NCBI GenBank assembly: GCA_020148145.1
Contig: JAHCRE010000016.1
Location: 4,456 to 68,455 of the forward strand
Length of the DNA: 64,000 bases
Reading direction: 5' to 3'
Source of the DNA: Patescibacteria group bacterium
GTDB lineage: Bacteria; Patescibacteriota; Minisyncoccia; Minisyncoccales; JAHCRE01
In this document: positions 17,704 through 27,307 of the stretch, piece by piece
How the letters are laid out: every line of letters starts with the position of its first letter
Position numbering within the stretch: position 1 is the stretch's first letter
Notes under the pieces: generated by a model
Databases searched by the model: none
What the model saw: only the letters and a program-made list of their open reading frames with translations
Told to the model about the DNA's origin: nothing
Made by a program: the position numbers and the translations under genes

Positions 17704-19854
17704 TTAGAGCTCAGTCCATTCCTTCTTTTCTTCTTTCCTTTTCTCTCTAAATAACAAGGATGAAATAATTAATATCACTGTAACAAGAAGTAAAATCCAG
17801 CAGCTCGAACGGCAGAAGAAACAGTACAAAATAACTAATATAACCGTAGCAAGAAGTAAAATCCATCGCTTCTTTCTCTCTTCTCTTTTCTTTTTAGATA
17901 ACAAGAATAAGATAACTAATACGACTATAACAAGGAAGGAAAGACGACAGAGGTTTTCGAAGTTAAAGAAACTAACAACTGCTGCTAAAAGTTTCTCTAA
18001 GCCTGTTTTGGGCTCCTCTTCTTCTTCGGCTAATTTTTCTTCCTCTTCAGGTTTTTCTTCCTCTTCAGGTTTTTCTTCCTCCTCGGGTTTTGCTTCTTCT
18101 TCAACTTCTTCAATAATCTCTTCTTCAACCTCAACCTCTGGAACTTCGGGTGGAGTTGGAGGAGAAATTTTCTCTATCTCTTCTCTTAATGCCTCTGTCC
18201 TATCCCCTATTTCTTCCAGTGCCTTTTCTATATCTTCAAGAGAAATTTCCTCTATTACCTCTTCTTCAACACCTTCTTCTTCAGCGCTTCCGGTAGTAAA
18301 GGTTAGCTCATCCCCTAAAATCTCAGGTGAACTTTGAGAAACTGCTCGCCAGTAGTAAGTAGTATCAGGAGTTAAACCAGTAATTGTTACTGTATGGAAA
18401 GTGACTTTAGTTGGATCCTCAATAGTTGAATTAGCATAGCCATAATTTGGGGCGTCGCCTAAAGTAGGATGAGAAACAATATCATAAATCACCCTGCTGG
18501 TAGCTGAAATATTGGTAAGCCAAGTAACAGTAGCTGTATCGGCCTGAACCTCTTCGTTTTCTTCATTAAATATAATTAAACGAGTAGGACCAGGACCACC
18601 GGTCATGACAGGACCACCGGGAGTAACTTCACAGGCTGGATCCCCTTCGCAGTCACTATCATCGCAGTCTGCATAACCATCGCAATCGTCATCTAAATCA
18701 TTGTCACAAATTTCAGTGACAGGCTCATTGTCAGGCACACATTCGTCCCAGAAACCGTCTCCATCGCAAGTTTGGGTACCAACAGCACAAATACCCGATT
18801 GGCCAGTATCACATGATTGTGTTTCTTCTGGCTCGCATTCTGGTTGACAATCAGTGTCATCATCGTCAATGTCGCCGTCGCAATCATTATCTATTCCATC
18901 ATTACATATTTCTTCAGCGCCAGGATTAACTTCTGGATTAGTGTCATCACAATCGTCACCTTCTAAACAATAAATCTCGTCATAAGCATAATAACCATCT
19001 CCGTCAGCGTCAGTGCATTCTGGCCCCGGACCTTCTAATTGACATTGACTTGAGCAACCGTCGCCGTCATCAATGTTTCCATCGTCACATTTTTCACCTT
19101 CCTCTACTATTCCATTTCCGCATACTGGCTCAACAGTTTCTTCTTCGCATATACAATTAATACAAACCATCCCTTCGTCACAATCTCCATCGCATTCACA
19201 TTCTTCGCCATCATCTAAAATACCATCGCCACAATAAGGACCAGTTAATTCAACAATTTCACATTCGAGAGAACAATAAGTACAAGTGGACCCATATTCA
19301 GGAGTACATTCTTGGCCATTGTTTTCTCCTTCATCACATTCCTCGCCATCATCTAAAACTCCGTCACCACAATAAGGCTCAGGTTCCTCTTCTTGGTAGT
19401 TACCAAAATTTATTCCATACTTACAATAATTTTCTATCTCGACAAGGTGACAGCCATTATTTTCAGTGGGATAGGTTTGCTCCCAGCCTTCTTGCTGAAC
19501 TTCACAGATGGTGTAAGAACCCGGAGATAAATTAGAAAACCTGTACTTACCTCGCTTATTAGTAACAGTGGAATCGCTGAATTGCTCAGGGCCCTCAATA
19601 GTAATGGTCCATCCTTGAAGACCTGACTCACAATAATTTTTTACTCCATTACCATTTTTGTCGTTAAATTTCATTCCTGAAATAGCGTAGGTTGGTTCAG
19701 ATGGACAAAAAGAACATGCTAATGCCTGCGAAGAAAAACTGAACACTGAAAATACAAAGCCACCTACAAAAATCGCAACGAAAATTAACATTAGAGCCTT
19801 TTTGGAATAATTTACTTTTTTTGAGTTGGAGATACGAATTGAGAAAATATTCAT
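17704..19854 (-). CDS. large secreted/anchored Cys-rich repeat surface protein
   Basis: 716 aa. Domains in order:
- Signal/TM segment.
- SdrD-B/Cna-B-like domain (KRGKYRFSNLSPGSYTICE).
- Repeated YCGDGxxDDGEECD Cys repeats.
- DADGDGY..DCDDTNPxVNPG metal-binding-type repeats.
- FN3-like domain (VTWLTNISATSRV..TPDTTYYWRAVS).
- EEEKPEE low-complexity tract.
- C-terminal TM helices. Confidence 0.75.
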   Translation of the reverse strand: MNIFSIRISNSKKVNYSKKALMLIFVAIFVGGFVFSVFSFSSQALACSFCPSEPTYAISGMKFNDKNGNGVKNYCESGLQGWTITIEGPEQFSDSTVTNKRGKYRFSNLSPGSYTICEVQQEGWEQTYPTENNGCHLVEIENYCKYGINFGNYQEEEPEPYCGDGVLDDGEECDEGENNGQECTPEYGSTCTYCSLECEIVELTGPYCGDGILDDGEECECDGDCDEGMVCINCICEEETVEPVCGNGIVEEGEKCDDGNIDDGDGCSSQCQLEGPGPECTDADGDGYYAYDEIYCLEGDDCDDTNPEVNPGAEEICNDGIDNDCDGDIDDDDTDCQPECEPEETQSCDTGQSGICAVGTQTCDGDGFWDECVPDNEPVTEICDNDLDDDCDGYADCDDSDCEGDPACEVTPGGPVMTGGPGPTRLIIFNEENEEVQADTATVTWLTNISATSRVIYDIVSHPTLGDAPNYGYANSTIEDPTKVTFHTVTITGLTPDTTYYWRAVSQSSPEILGDELTFTTGSAEEEGVEEEVIEEISLEDIEKALEEIGDRTEALREEIEKISPPTPPEVPEVEVEEEIIEEVEEEAKPEEEEKPEEEEKPEEEEKLAEEEEEPKTGLEKLLAAVVSFFNFENLCRLSFLVIVVLVILFLLSKKKREERKKRWILLLATVILVILYCFFCRSSCWILLLVTVILIISSLLFREKRKEEKKEWTEL
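18034..18100 (-). repeat. 18-bp tandem repeat encoding (EEKPEE)n
   Basis: tttttcttcctcttcagg occurs about 3.5 times on the plus strand. Confidence 0.85.
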
Positions 19855-20401
19855 AGTTTTGGAATACTAAAATAATAACACAATAAAAATTCTTTCGTCA
19901 ATAATGAGTTTCCCTCCTTAACCTAGGAAACTTACCTAGGAAAAAAGTAAAGAACTAACAAAGAGCAAATAAAGAACAACTGAAAAACGAGTACCTCCTT
20001 ATTTAAATAATAATAGTATATTAAGAATTCCTTTGTCAAATGATAACTTACTTCTCCAGGCGGCCAAATTGCAGTTAACAAGCTTTAAACACATCTATAA
20101 GAGTTCTGACGAAAGATAAAAAAGTGTCCAATAATGGGCTTTTTATTTGAAGAAAAATAGATTTGATACTACTTTTGACCGATGCCCTATCCGTGTCCTA
20201 CCTATGTCCTACTTATGGGACATGGTGACCATCTTTTTCAAATAAAAAAGAGCTGAATTTATATTATCAGCTCATTTGTCAGGCTTTTTCCTCTGCCTCT
20301 TCTGATTAATGTATCCAGCTATGATTTTTCCAATAGTAATACCAAAGACTATTCCAAGCGCTATCTCAATAACCTCCCTTCTTTTTTTAGCGTGCACTTG
20401 T

Positions 20402-21004
20402 TTAGACCATTAAACTCAATAGTAAGGTTAATAATCTACCTACAGAAAGTATAAGAATTATTGCAAGGATTGCAGTAGTTGAGTTAAGCACTGAATATTC
20501 AGATTTCTTAGTCAGAGCACTTCTTCTAAAGAAACAGTAAGCTACTCTCATTAATATCAGATCAGCTGGCAGCAAGATTGATGCGTATAGCATATATGGC
20601 GTCGTAAAAAAGCTAGTCGATTTAACATCTGTCACCTTACCTATCACTTGATCGGCTGTTATTTCCCAGTCGTCTGGTACATCATTAGCATCTCCTTTTG
20701 TCTTGAATATTAAGAAGCTTGGATTTTCTTGTATCTCCACTACCCTGTGGGCAACTGCTACTGGTATTGAATCTACCCTGAAGGAAATTATATCTCCGAC
20801 TCGTATGTCTTCTATGCCTCTTTTTACTAATATTGTGTCGCCATGCAACATCGCTGGAGTCATGCTATGTCCTATTGTTATAAAGACGTAATCAGCACTA
20901 ACTAAGAAAGGACACCTTGTAAGGATGAATGGTGAAACCAATAACAAGAGTATTACTAATAGCCCTATATTTAGAATCACTTCTAATCCTTTTTTCTTTT
21001 TCAA
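20402..21004 (-). CDS. signal peptidase I (SipW / S26B type)
   Basis: 200 aa. N-terminal TM helix, GHSMTPAM nucleophile box, VAHRVV His box and KGDAND. Confidence 0.8.
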   Translation of the reverse strand: MKKKKGLEVILNIGLLVILLLLVSPFILTRCPFLVSADYVFITIGHSMTPAMLHGDTILVKRGIEDIRVGDIISFRVDSIPVAVAHRVVEIQENPSFLIFKTKGDANDVPDDWEITADQVIGKVTDVKSTSFFTTPYMLYASILLPADLILMRVAYCFFRRSALTKKSEYSVLNSTTAILAIILILSVGRLLTLLLSLMV

Positions 21005-21116
21005 TATCTCACCTTCTTTTATTCAATTCAGGTCACGATATCTTTTTTTACATATTTCAAAGAGCTTTTCCTCCTTGACTAAAATATTTTAACAAAAGTT
21101 ATAGAAAGAGTCAAGT

Positions 21117-21238
21117 CCGAGATTACAACCCACCCAAGGACGGAGCGTTTCGCTTCGCAAAAGCGCCTCGCGTCCCGACCACATCCTCCCACCTTCGGTG
21201 AGCTCCTAAGCCCTCGCCGCGTCAGGCGCGGCGAGGGC
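21117..21238 (+). repeat. family A long-form GC-rich element fused to a CCTCGCCGCG hairpin module
   Basis: gattacaacccacccaaggacggagcgtttcgcttcgcaaaagcgcctcgcgtcccgaccacatcctcccaccttcggtgagctcc. A few substitutions relative to the identical pair at 26842 and 37667. Confidence 0.75.
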
Positions 21239-21292
21239 AATTGCTATACTGAAAGTCGTGGATGATTTTCTAGCCTTTGAGTGGGGATTGAT

Positions 21293-21691
21293 TTATTTAA
21301 ATTCTAATTTTTCTTTAACTTTTTTTACTATATCTTCAAGTTTCCAGTCGGTTTTAACCAAAAAATCATAAACTCCGTCTTTCAAGGCTTTGGCTATTGT
21401 TCCCATATCGCTTAAATTAGTTAGAATAATCACCGGAACATCTTTACCCCAATTATCCACTCGCAACTTCTTAAGCATCGTTATTCCATTCATCTTTGGC
21501 AAAATAATATCTAGTAAAATCAAATCGGGATGCTCTTTTATGGCACGTTCCAATCCCTCCTCCCCATTTTTTGCCTCAAGCACACTAAACCCTTCGTCAG
21601 TAAATCTATCAGCTAATATCTGTAACATAGCCCTCTCATCTTCAACCACTAAAATTGTTTTATTTTTTGTTGATTGCTCCATTATATACAA
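21293..21691 (-). CDS. single-domain response regulator (CheY-like receiver)
   Basis: 132-aa ORF. The likely start is MEQST. ILVVEDE .. DLILLDIILPKMNG receiver motifs. Confidence 0.85.
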   Translation of the reverse strand: MYIMEQSTKNKTILVVEDERAMLQILADRFTDEGFSVLEAKNGEEGLERAIKEHPDLILLDIILPKMNGITMLKKLRVDNWGKDVPVIILTNLSDMGTIAKALKDGVYDFLVKTDWKLEDIVKKVKEKLEFK

Positions 21692-21719
21692 TAATTAATT
21701 TTAGATTTTAAAAAGCGAG

Positions 21720-23588
21720 TTAAATATTTAATCTCTTCTTCCCCTTTTTCTTTTTCATTCCTTCTAGAGGAATTGTGGCATAAAAAGTGGTACCCTTGTT
21801 TTCTTCTGATTCAAGCCAAATTTTACCGCCAGATTGCTCCAGGACCGATTTAACAATATAGAGCCCGAGGCCAGTACCATCTGGCTCTTTTTCTCTTATA
21901 TTGTCAGCCCGAAAAAACTTAGTAAATATTCGTGATTGTTGAGTTTTTGGAATACCATATCCAGTATCTAAAACTTTAATAAGTACATCAGATTTTTGTT
22001 TCTTAATTAAAAGCTTCACCCTGCCCCTTTCAGGAATATATTTAACAGCATTAGAAAGTAAATTTTGGAAAACAATACGCATAATATTTGGATCAGCATT
22101 GATAATCGGCAGATTTTTGGAGTAATTCTTCTCCACTTTTAATTTTTTATTTTTAATTTGTGGCGAAAGCCCACTAAGCACGCTATCTGCAATTTCTGTA
22201 AGATTTATCGGCTCTGGCTTAATACCAAGAATACCAAGCTCTATTCTCGAAACATTTAAAAGAGCATTCACTGATTTTACCAATTGCTGATTAGCGGTAT
22301 AAATTTCTTCCAAATATTTCTTTTGTTGATTATAAAGTTTTCCTGCTTTCCCAAGAAGGAGCATCTCGGAATACCAATTAATGGTAGTCAGGGGGGTGCG
22401 GAGTTGATGAGAGGTTAAGGACACAAATTCTGTTTTTGCCTGGTCAGCCTTTTTGCGCTCGGAGATATCTTTTGTTATAGCCATGAAAGCCATAGGTTTA
22501 TCAGATGAATCCCGAATAATACTCGCCGAGAGTTCTGCTGGAAACTCGCGACCGTCTTTAGTCAAAAAAGTATATTCTATATTTTTTACGGAGCCTTGCT
22601 TTAAGGTTTTCCTCATGTTCTTTAATGCCCTCTGCCAGTCCTTCTGAGCAATTAAATCAAAAGCTCTCTTACCTATTAATTCTTCCTTTACAGAGAAACC
22701 ATGCATATTCAAGGTTGCCCGGTTGCACTCGATTATATTTCCATTTAAATCGGTAACTGTAATAGCATCGGGAGATGAACTAAATATATTCCGCAACCTC
22801 TCTTCAGATTCGCTGAGCTTTTTCTCCATCTTCTTGCGCTCGGTGATGTCTCGAATAACAGCTGCTATGCCTATAACTTTTCCCTTTGCATTCTCAACCC
22901 TTTGTTTAACAATATGAAAGCATTTTTCATCAAGCCATTCTTCTCTAGAGATAAAGCCAGATTTAAAAGCCTCTATGTCACTTTTCCTGCAACCTTTAGC
23001 AACTGTTTTTGGCATAAAATCAAAGTCTGTCTTGCCAATTATATCTTTTACCTTTATATTGAAAGGTTTTTCATGCGCTTTATTAGCAACTAAATACCTA
23101 AAATTTTTGTCCTTAAGAAAAATAAGGTCAGATGAGGAATTGATAAGTGATTCAATTTTCTTTTGATAGCTCTTAATTTCTTCTTCTCTCTTCTTGCGCT
23201 CGGTGATATCTCTTAAAATTGCTAAAGAACCAATAATTTTCCCTTTATCTATAATAAATGGTGCAGCACTTACCTCAGTTACTAACCTCTTCCTATTTTT
23301 ATTGACTCCTTCTATCTCATAAGGAGGGGCTTCTATTCCTCTTAATCTTTTTTTAAAATATTCAGCGATTCTTCTTTTACTTTTGGAGTTAATAAACTTA
23401 AGTTCTTTAAAATGGTGTCCTTTTATTTCTTTTGGACTAAATCCAGTTATTTTTTTAACTGCAGGGTTAATATCAATAATCCTCCCTTTTTTATCAAGAA
23501 AAACAACAATATCTTTCATCTCTTCAAATAAAATTTTGTATCTCTCTTCAGGCTTTTTCACGTTTTTGCTCATTTTTTTGCCTGACAT
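21720..23588 (-). CDS. multi-PAS sensor histidine kinase
   Basis: 622 aa. Three PAS-like segments each ending in ..RDITERKK. H-box SHQLRTPLT. HATPase N/G boxes (LLSNAVKY, DTGYGIP, GTGLGLYIV). Confidence 0.85.
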   Translation of the reverse strand: MSGKKMSKNVKKPEERYKILFEEMKDIVVFLDKKGRIIDINPAVKKITGFSPKEIKGHHFKELKFINSKSKRRIAEYFKKRLRGIEAPPYEIEGVNKNRKRLVTEVSAAPFIIDKGKIIGSLAILRDITERKKREEEIKSYQKKIESLINSSSDLIFLKDKNFRYLVANKAHEKPFNIKVKDIIGKTDFDFMPKTVAKGCRKSDIEAFKSGFISREEWLDEKCFHIVKQRVENAKGKVIGIAAVIRDITERKKMEKKLSESEERLRNIFSSSPDAITVTDLNGNIIECNRATLNMHGFSVKEELIGKRAFDLIAQKDWQRALKNMRKTLKQGSVKNIEYTFLTKDGREFPAELSASIIRDSSDKPMAFMAITKDISERKKADQAKTEFVSLTSHQLRTPLTTINWYSEMLLLGKAGKLYNQQKKYLEEIYTANQQLVKSVNALLNVSRIELGILGIKPEPINLTEIADSVLSGLSPQIKNKKLKVEKNYSKNLPIINADPNIMRIVFQNLLSNAVKYIPERGRVKLLIKKQKSDVLIKVLDTGYGIPKTQQSRIFTKFFRADNIREKEPDGTGLGLYIVKSVLEQSGGKIWLESEENKGTTFYATIPLEGMKKKKGKKRLNI

Positions 23589-23727
23589 CTTTAATATCTA
23601 AATTTGTATTTTTATTTTATCACACTCCCAGGATTATCTACAAAACAAAAATCTTAAAAACTCTCGGGCTGCGGCTTGCCCTGAGCGAGTCGAAAAACTC
23701 CCCTTAATGGATGATATTAGAACTTGT

Positions 23728-24165
23728 CTACTTTGAATATTTTTCTTTGTATTTTAAAATTATGGTTCTGGCAGGTTCTACAAGGGGTAATTTTAATGCT
23801 TCATCCAGAGTTGTCCATATGTATTCCGTTCCTTCTTTATTAAGAACAACGTTAGTGTCTTTAGCTTTACATACATAATCAAAAAGAATAAAATGTTTTT
23901 TCTTGTGAAATTCCTTGCCAAAAATAAATTCTTGTAGGGTTATAAATTGTATATCAAATATATTAAGGTTTGTTTCTTCTTTTATCTCTCGCTTAAATGC
24001 TTGTTCGATTGTTTCTCCAAGTTCTATATGTCCACCAGGAATGACATATTTTCCTTTCCATTTAGGAGAAGTCATAAGTAAAACCTTGCCTTCTTGATTG
24101 AAGATTAAAGCACAGACAGTTGGTTCTGGATATTTTTGCTTACTAATATTATTTTGCTCGCCCAC
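23728..24165 (-). CDS. NUDIX hydrolase
   Basis: 145 aa. Nudix box GGHIELGETIEQAFKREIKEETNL. Confidence 0.85.
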   Translation of the reverse strand: MGEQNNISKQKYPEPTVCALIFNQEGKVLLMTSPKWKGKYVIPGGHIELGETIEQAFKREIKEETNLNIFDIQFITLQEFIFGKEFHKKKHFILFDYVCKAKDTNVVLNKEGTEYIWTTLDEALKLPLVEPARTIILKYKEKYSK

Positions 24166-24639
24166 ATAATTAAATTACGACAAATTGTTATAATCGTTAA
24201 ACAACACATTAGCTCCAACCTCTTCCGCCTTAATTTTTTCCTTAATCTACGGTCCTTTTAAGACATATTTTTACTAAGATATATTAAATCGCAAAAGTGA
24301 AAGTTTTATACAAAACGTGCCATGGATATATTATAATATTATATGGAGGGACCTATCCATGGCACGTTTTGTTTTATCTATCATATACACTTTATGGTAG
24401 ATAAGTAGATACCTCGTATGTCCTTCCAATAATATTGGGGTCCTTCAAGGGAAGGGCAAGACAAGACCCGGTATAGCTCGCCCTTCCCCCCTAAAAGAGC
24501 CATCTTAATTATAACTTTCAAAGATGAATTTTCTATGAAGCTGAAAAATTCTTATCTTAACTAAATAAGAGAAGATTTCAAATTAAAAAGTCTCCAAAAT
24601 TGGAAGCTTTTTAACAACAAAATATGTTTAAAAAAGAGA

Positions 24640-25314
24640 TTATCCTTTAATTCGGTAACCCACACCACGGATCGTTTCTAATAATTTTTCCTGATTGCTA
24701 TAATCTATTTTTTTTCTTAAATTCTTGATGTGCACATCCACGACATTACTAAATGAGTCGAATTCGAAACCCCAAAGATTAAATAATATTTGTTCTCGGG
24801 ACATTACCTGATTAGGATGGCGCATTAAATATTCCAGTAAACTAAATTCTTTTAAGGTAAGAAGAATTTCTTTACCATTGCGGAAAACTTTTTTAGTAAC
24901 AATGTTAAGAGTTAAATCTCGTACTTTAAGTTCAATAGGTAAAGATTGTTTGGGTCGGCGCAGGAGCGCTTTTATTCTTGCAAAAAATTCCTTGAATGAA
25001 AATGGTTTAACAAGATAATCGTCAGCACCCCTGTTAAGACCAGAGACTATATCGTCAGTAGTATCTTTTGCAGTTAGTACTAAAATCGGAGTGACTATAC
25101 TCTGCTCTCTAATATTTTTCAAAACGGTAAGCCCATCTTTTTTAGGCAGTATTAAATCGAGAATAATTAAATCGTAATCATTATGATATAACTCGATACG
25201 GCGTTGACCGGCTTCGCCATCCAGAACAAAATCAGCTGTAAAGCCTTCTTTCTCTAGGCCTTCTTTTAATGCCTTAGCTAATTTCTCCTCATCTTCAACA
25301 ATTAAAATCTTCAT
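24640..25314 (-). CDS. OmpR-family DNA-binding response regulator
   Basis: 224 aa. Receiver domain (ILIVEDE, DLIILDLILP) plus winged-helix output domain (LTLKEFSLLEYL..RGVGYRI). Confidence 0.9.
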   Translation of the reverse strand: MKILIVEDEEKLAKALKEGLEKEGFTADFVLDGEAGQRRIELYHNDYDLIILDLILPKKDGLTVLKNIREQSIVTPILVLTAKDTTDDIVSGLNRGADDYLVKPFSFKEFFARIKALLRRPKQSLPIELKVRDLTLNIVTKKVFRNGKEILLTLKEFSLLEYLMRHPNQVMSREQILFNLWGFEFDSFSNVVDVHIKNLRKKIDYSNQEKLLETIRGVGYRIKG

Positions 25315-25426
25315 ATAACTTTTATATAATTAATTATTTATATTTTATACCTCAAGGCCTGCTTCTTGCTAACTATTAAACGCATACTTGTTGTTTAGCC
25401 TTTAATTAATTATATCAAAATAAAAC

Positions 25427-25465
25427 CCCGAGAAAAGCCCTCGCCGCGCCTGACGCGGCGAGGGC
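25427..25465. repeat. GC-rich nested hairpin module
   Basis: ccccgagaaaagccctcgccgcgcctgacgcggcgagggc. Confidence 0.6.
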
Positions 25466-25557
25466 AAAAAGTACCGTAAGATTAAAACCTGTTTGATGAG
25501 TTTTCAAAAGAACCAAAGGCTTGATTTTTTAGTGTAAAAATGATATAGTATAATATT

Positions 25558-26745
25558 ATGCAATCGATTTTCACTATCTTAACTATTATTGTTGCGATTG
25601 TGGTCTTTTCTTATTTTTGGCAATTTTTAACGATTGAGTGGGAAAATTTACAACAAGGAATTTTTTCTCAAGCCCAAGGGAATGCTTCTAAAAAGCAATC
25701 TACAGGAAAACAAACCTTTGTAAAGTCTGCTGGGACAGCAGCGATAGTAAAACCCAAAGGGTCCGCTATCTCGGTCAACACCTATATAACTGCCGGTCCA
25801 GAAGAAGGGGAAATTATAGAAGAAACGAATAAAGTTACTTTTGAATTTGAAGCAAAAATTTCTCCGGAAGAAACTAAGGGGCGGGTATCGTTTGAGACAA
25901 AAATTGAAGGATTCGATGATGATTGGAAAAAAACTTATTCCAAAAAGAGAACAATAAGCCTTCCACCGGGACCCAAAGAATATATTTTTTTAGTTAGAGC
26001 GAAAATAAAAGATTCAGTTGATCCCACCCCAGCCAAGAGAACTTTTAAAATGAATGTTTCTCCCTATTTTGAGAAAGTAAGAATTTCTAGCGTAAGAATT
26101 CAAAAATCAGAAAACCTACCATCCTATCGTTCCTCTTTAATAACATTGAGGACTTATCTTAAAGAAGAGGAGATTAATATCACCGGTTGGCATATTAAGG
26201 GAAGAGGAGGTAGCTTTGTTATTCCTGCAGGGATAGAAAAATATCTTCCTGGTTATAATTCAATTCCTCAGAAAAGTATTTTTGTAAAACAAGGGGATAA
26301 AATATATATGTCTGGCGGTTCAAATCCTTTAGGAAGAGGTAGAAACTTTCGTCCCAATAAATGCATGGGTTATTTGGCTAACTCTCGCGATTTTATTATT
26401 TCCCTATCAAAAAAATGCCCAAAACCAAAGAGAGAAGAAATCTCCCATCTTCGCCCCTGCTGTCAAGGGTTTATTCTCCGTCTCGGAAGATGTAAAGTTC
26501 CCGATTATTCTAGTGATTGGAGAATTTCCCGTGACTCACAATGTGTATCTTATCTTAATAAAAATTTTAACTATGAAGGCTGTTTTATAAATTATTCCAG
26601 AGATGAAAACTTTTTAGAAAAGAAGTGGCATATTTATCTAGGTAGTGATATTACCACTAGTGGTTATTGCGACACACTTTATTTACGAGACCAAAACGGC
26701 CTCATTGTAGATACATATTCTTACGGACGACCTGTCTGTAAATAG
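25558..26745 (+). CDS. membrane-anchored protein with Ig-like and lamin-tail-like (LTD) regions
   Basis: 395 aa. N-terminal TM helix. LTD-like stretch VRISSV..INITGWHIKGRGGSFVIPAG..GDKIYM. Cys-rich C-terminus. Confidence 0.45.
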   Translation: MQSIFTILTIIVAIVVFSYFWQFLTIEWENLQQGIFSQAQGNASKKQSTGKQTFVKSAGTAAIVKPKGSAISVNTYITAGPEEGEIIEETNKVTFEFEAKISPEETKGRVSFETKIEGFDDDWKKTYSKKRTISLPPGPKEYIFLVRAKIKDSVDPTPAKRTFKMNVSPYFEKVRISSVRIQKSENLPSYRSSLITLRTYLKEEEINITGWHIKGRGGSFVIPAGIEKYLPGYNSIPQKSIFVKQGDKIYMSGGSNPLGRGRNFRPNKCMGYLANSRDFIISLSKKCPKPKREEISHLRPCCQGFILRLGRCKVPDYSSDWRISRDSQCVSYLNKNFNYEGCFINYSRDENFLEKKWHIYLGSDITTSGYCDTLYLRDQNGLIVDTYSYGRPVCK

Positions 26746-26841
26746 ATATTTTTATTAAAACACTTTTACTTAAAATTCCATCAATAAACTAAAAAAACTG
26801 TCTTAATTATGGCGGTTTTTTTGGTCTGGGTTAAACCAAAA

Positions 26842-26947
26842 CCCCCGAGACTACAACCCACCCAAGGACGGGGCGTTTCGCTTCGCAAAAGCGCCTCGCG
26901 TCCCGACCACATCCTCCCGCCTTCGGTGGGCCCCTAAACTCTCGGGG
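26842..26947 (+). repeat. family A long-form GC-rich element; left copy of a 104-bp identical direct-repeat pair
   Basis: ccccgagactacaaccc...cccctaaactctcggg is identical over 104 bp to 37668-37771. The module is nested inside a CCCGAGA..TCTCGGG terminator-type hairpin. Confidence 0.85.
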
Positions 26948-26954
26948 CGGGCGG

Positions 26955-27103
26955 AAATAAAAAGGAAGGTTTAAATTCTTCTTCTCTTTCCAAGAGGTTG
27001 CATTACTCTAATAGTAAATAACAGACAAACCTCGTTCCCCTCCTGCAAGAGTTATTTAAGGCAACAACTCATATTGGGAGAAGAAGAAACCTTCCTATGA
27101 ATA
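26955..27103 (-). ncRNA. candidate rod-like small RNA (about 150 nt), identity unknown
   Basis: Minus-strand promoter TTGTAT-17-TAATAT (plus coords 27133-27138 / 27110-27115). 5' AGGAAGGUUU-CUUCUUCUC pairs with 3' GAGAAGAAG..AAACCUUCCU, followed by UUUUUAUUU. The internal helices continue (CCAA/UUGG, GUUGC/GCAAC, AAAUAAC/GUUAUUU). No ORF. Confidence 0.45.
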
Positions 27104-27307
27104 CTCCATATATTAGCATAAAAAGGTTAAAAATACAAGACAAACCCCGAGAAAAACTCTCGGGCTAACTTACTGCGGGTCGTGGATGACGCTGTGCCCC
27201 GTAGTGAGCTTCGCTCTACTACTGGGGTTAAAACCTATTTAGTGAACATTTCAAGCACTCTTAAATCGGCCCTTATAGTTGTTTGAGCTAAATTTTTAGT
27301 ATAATAC

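Noticed and set aside
18008-18337. 109-aa Ser-rich plus-strand ORF.
   Set aside because: It is the antisense frame of the Glu-rich repeat region of the 716-aa surface protein.
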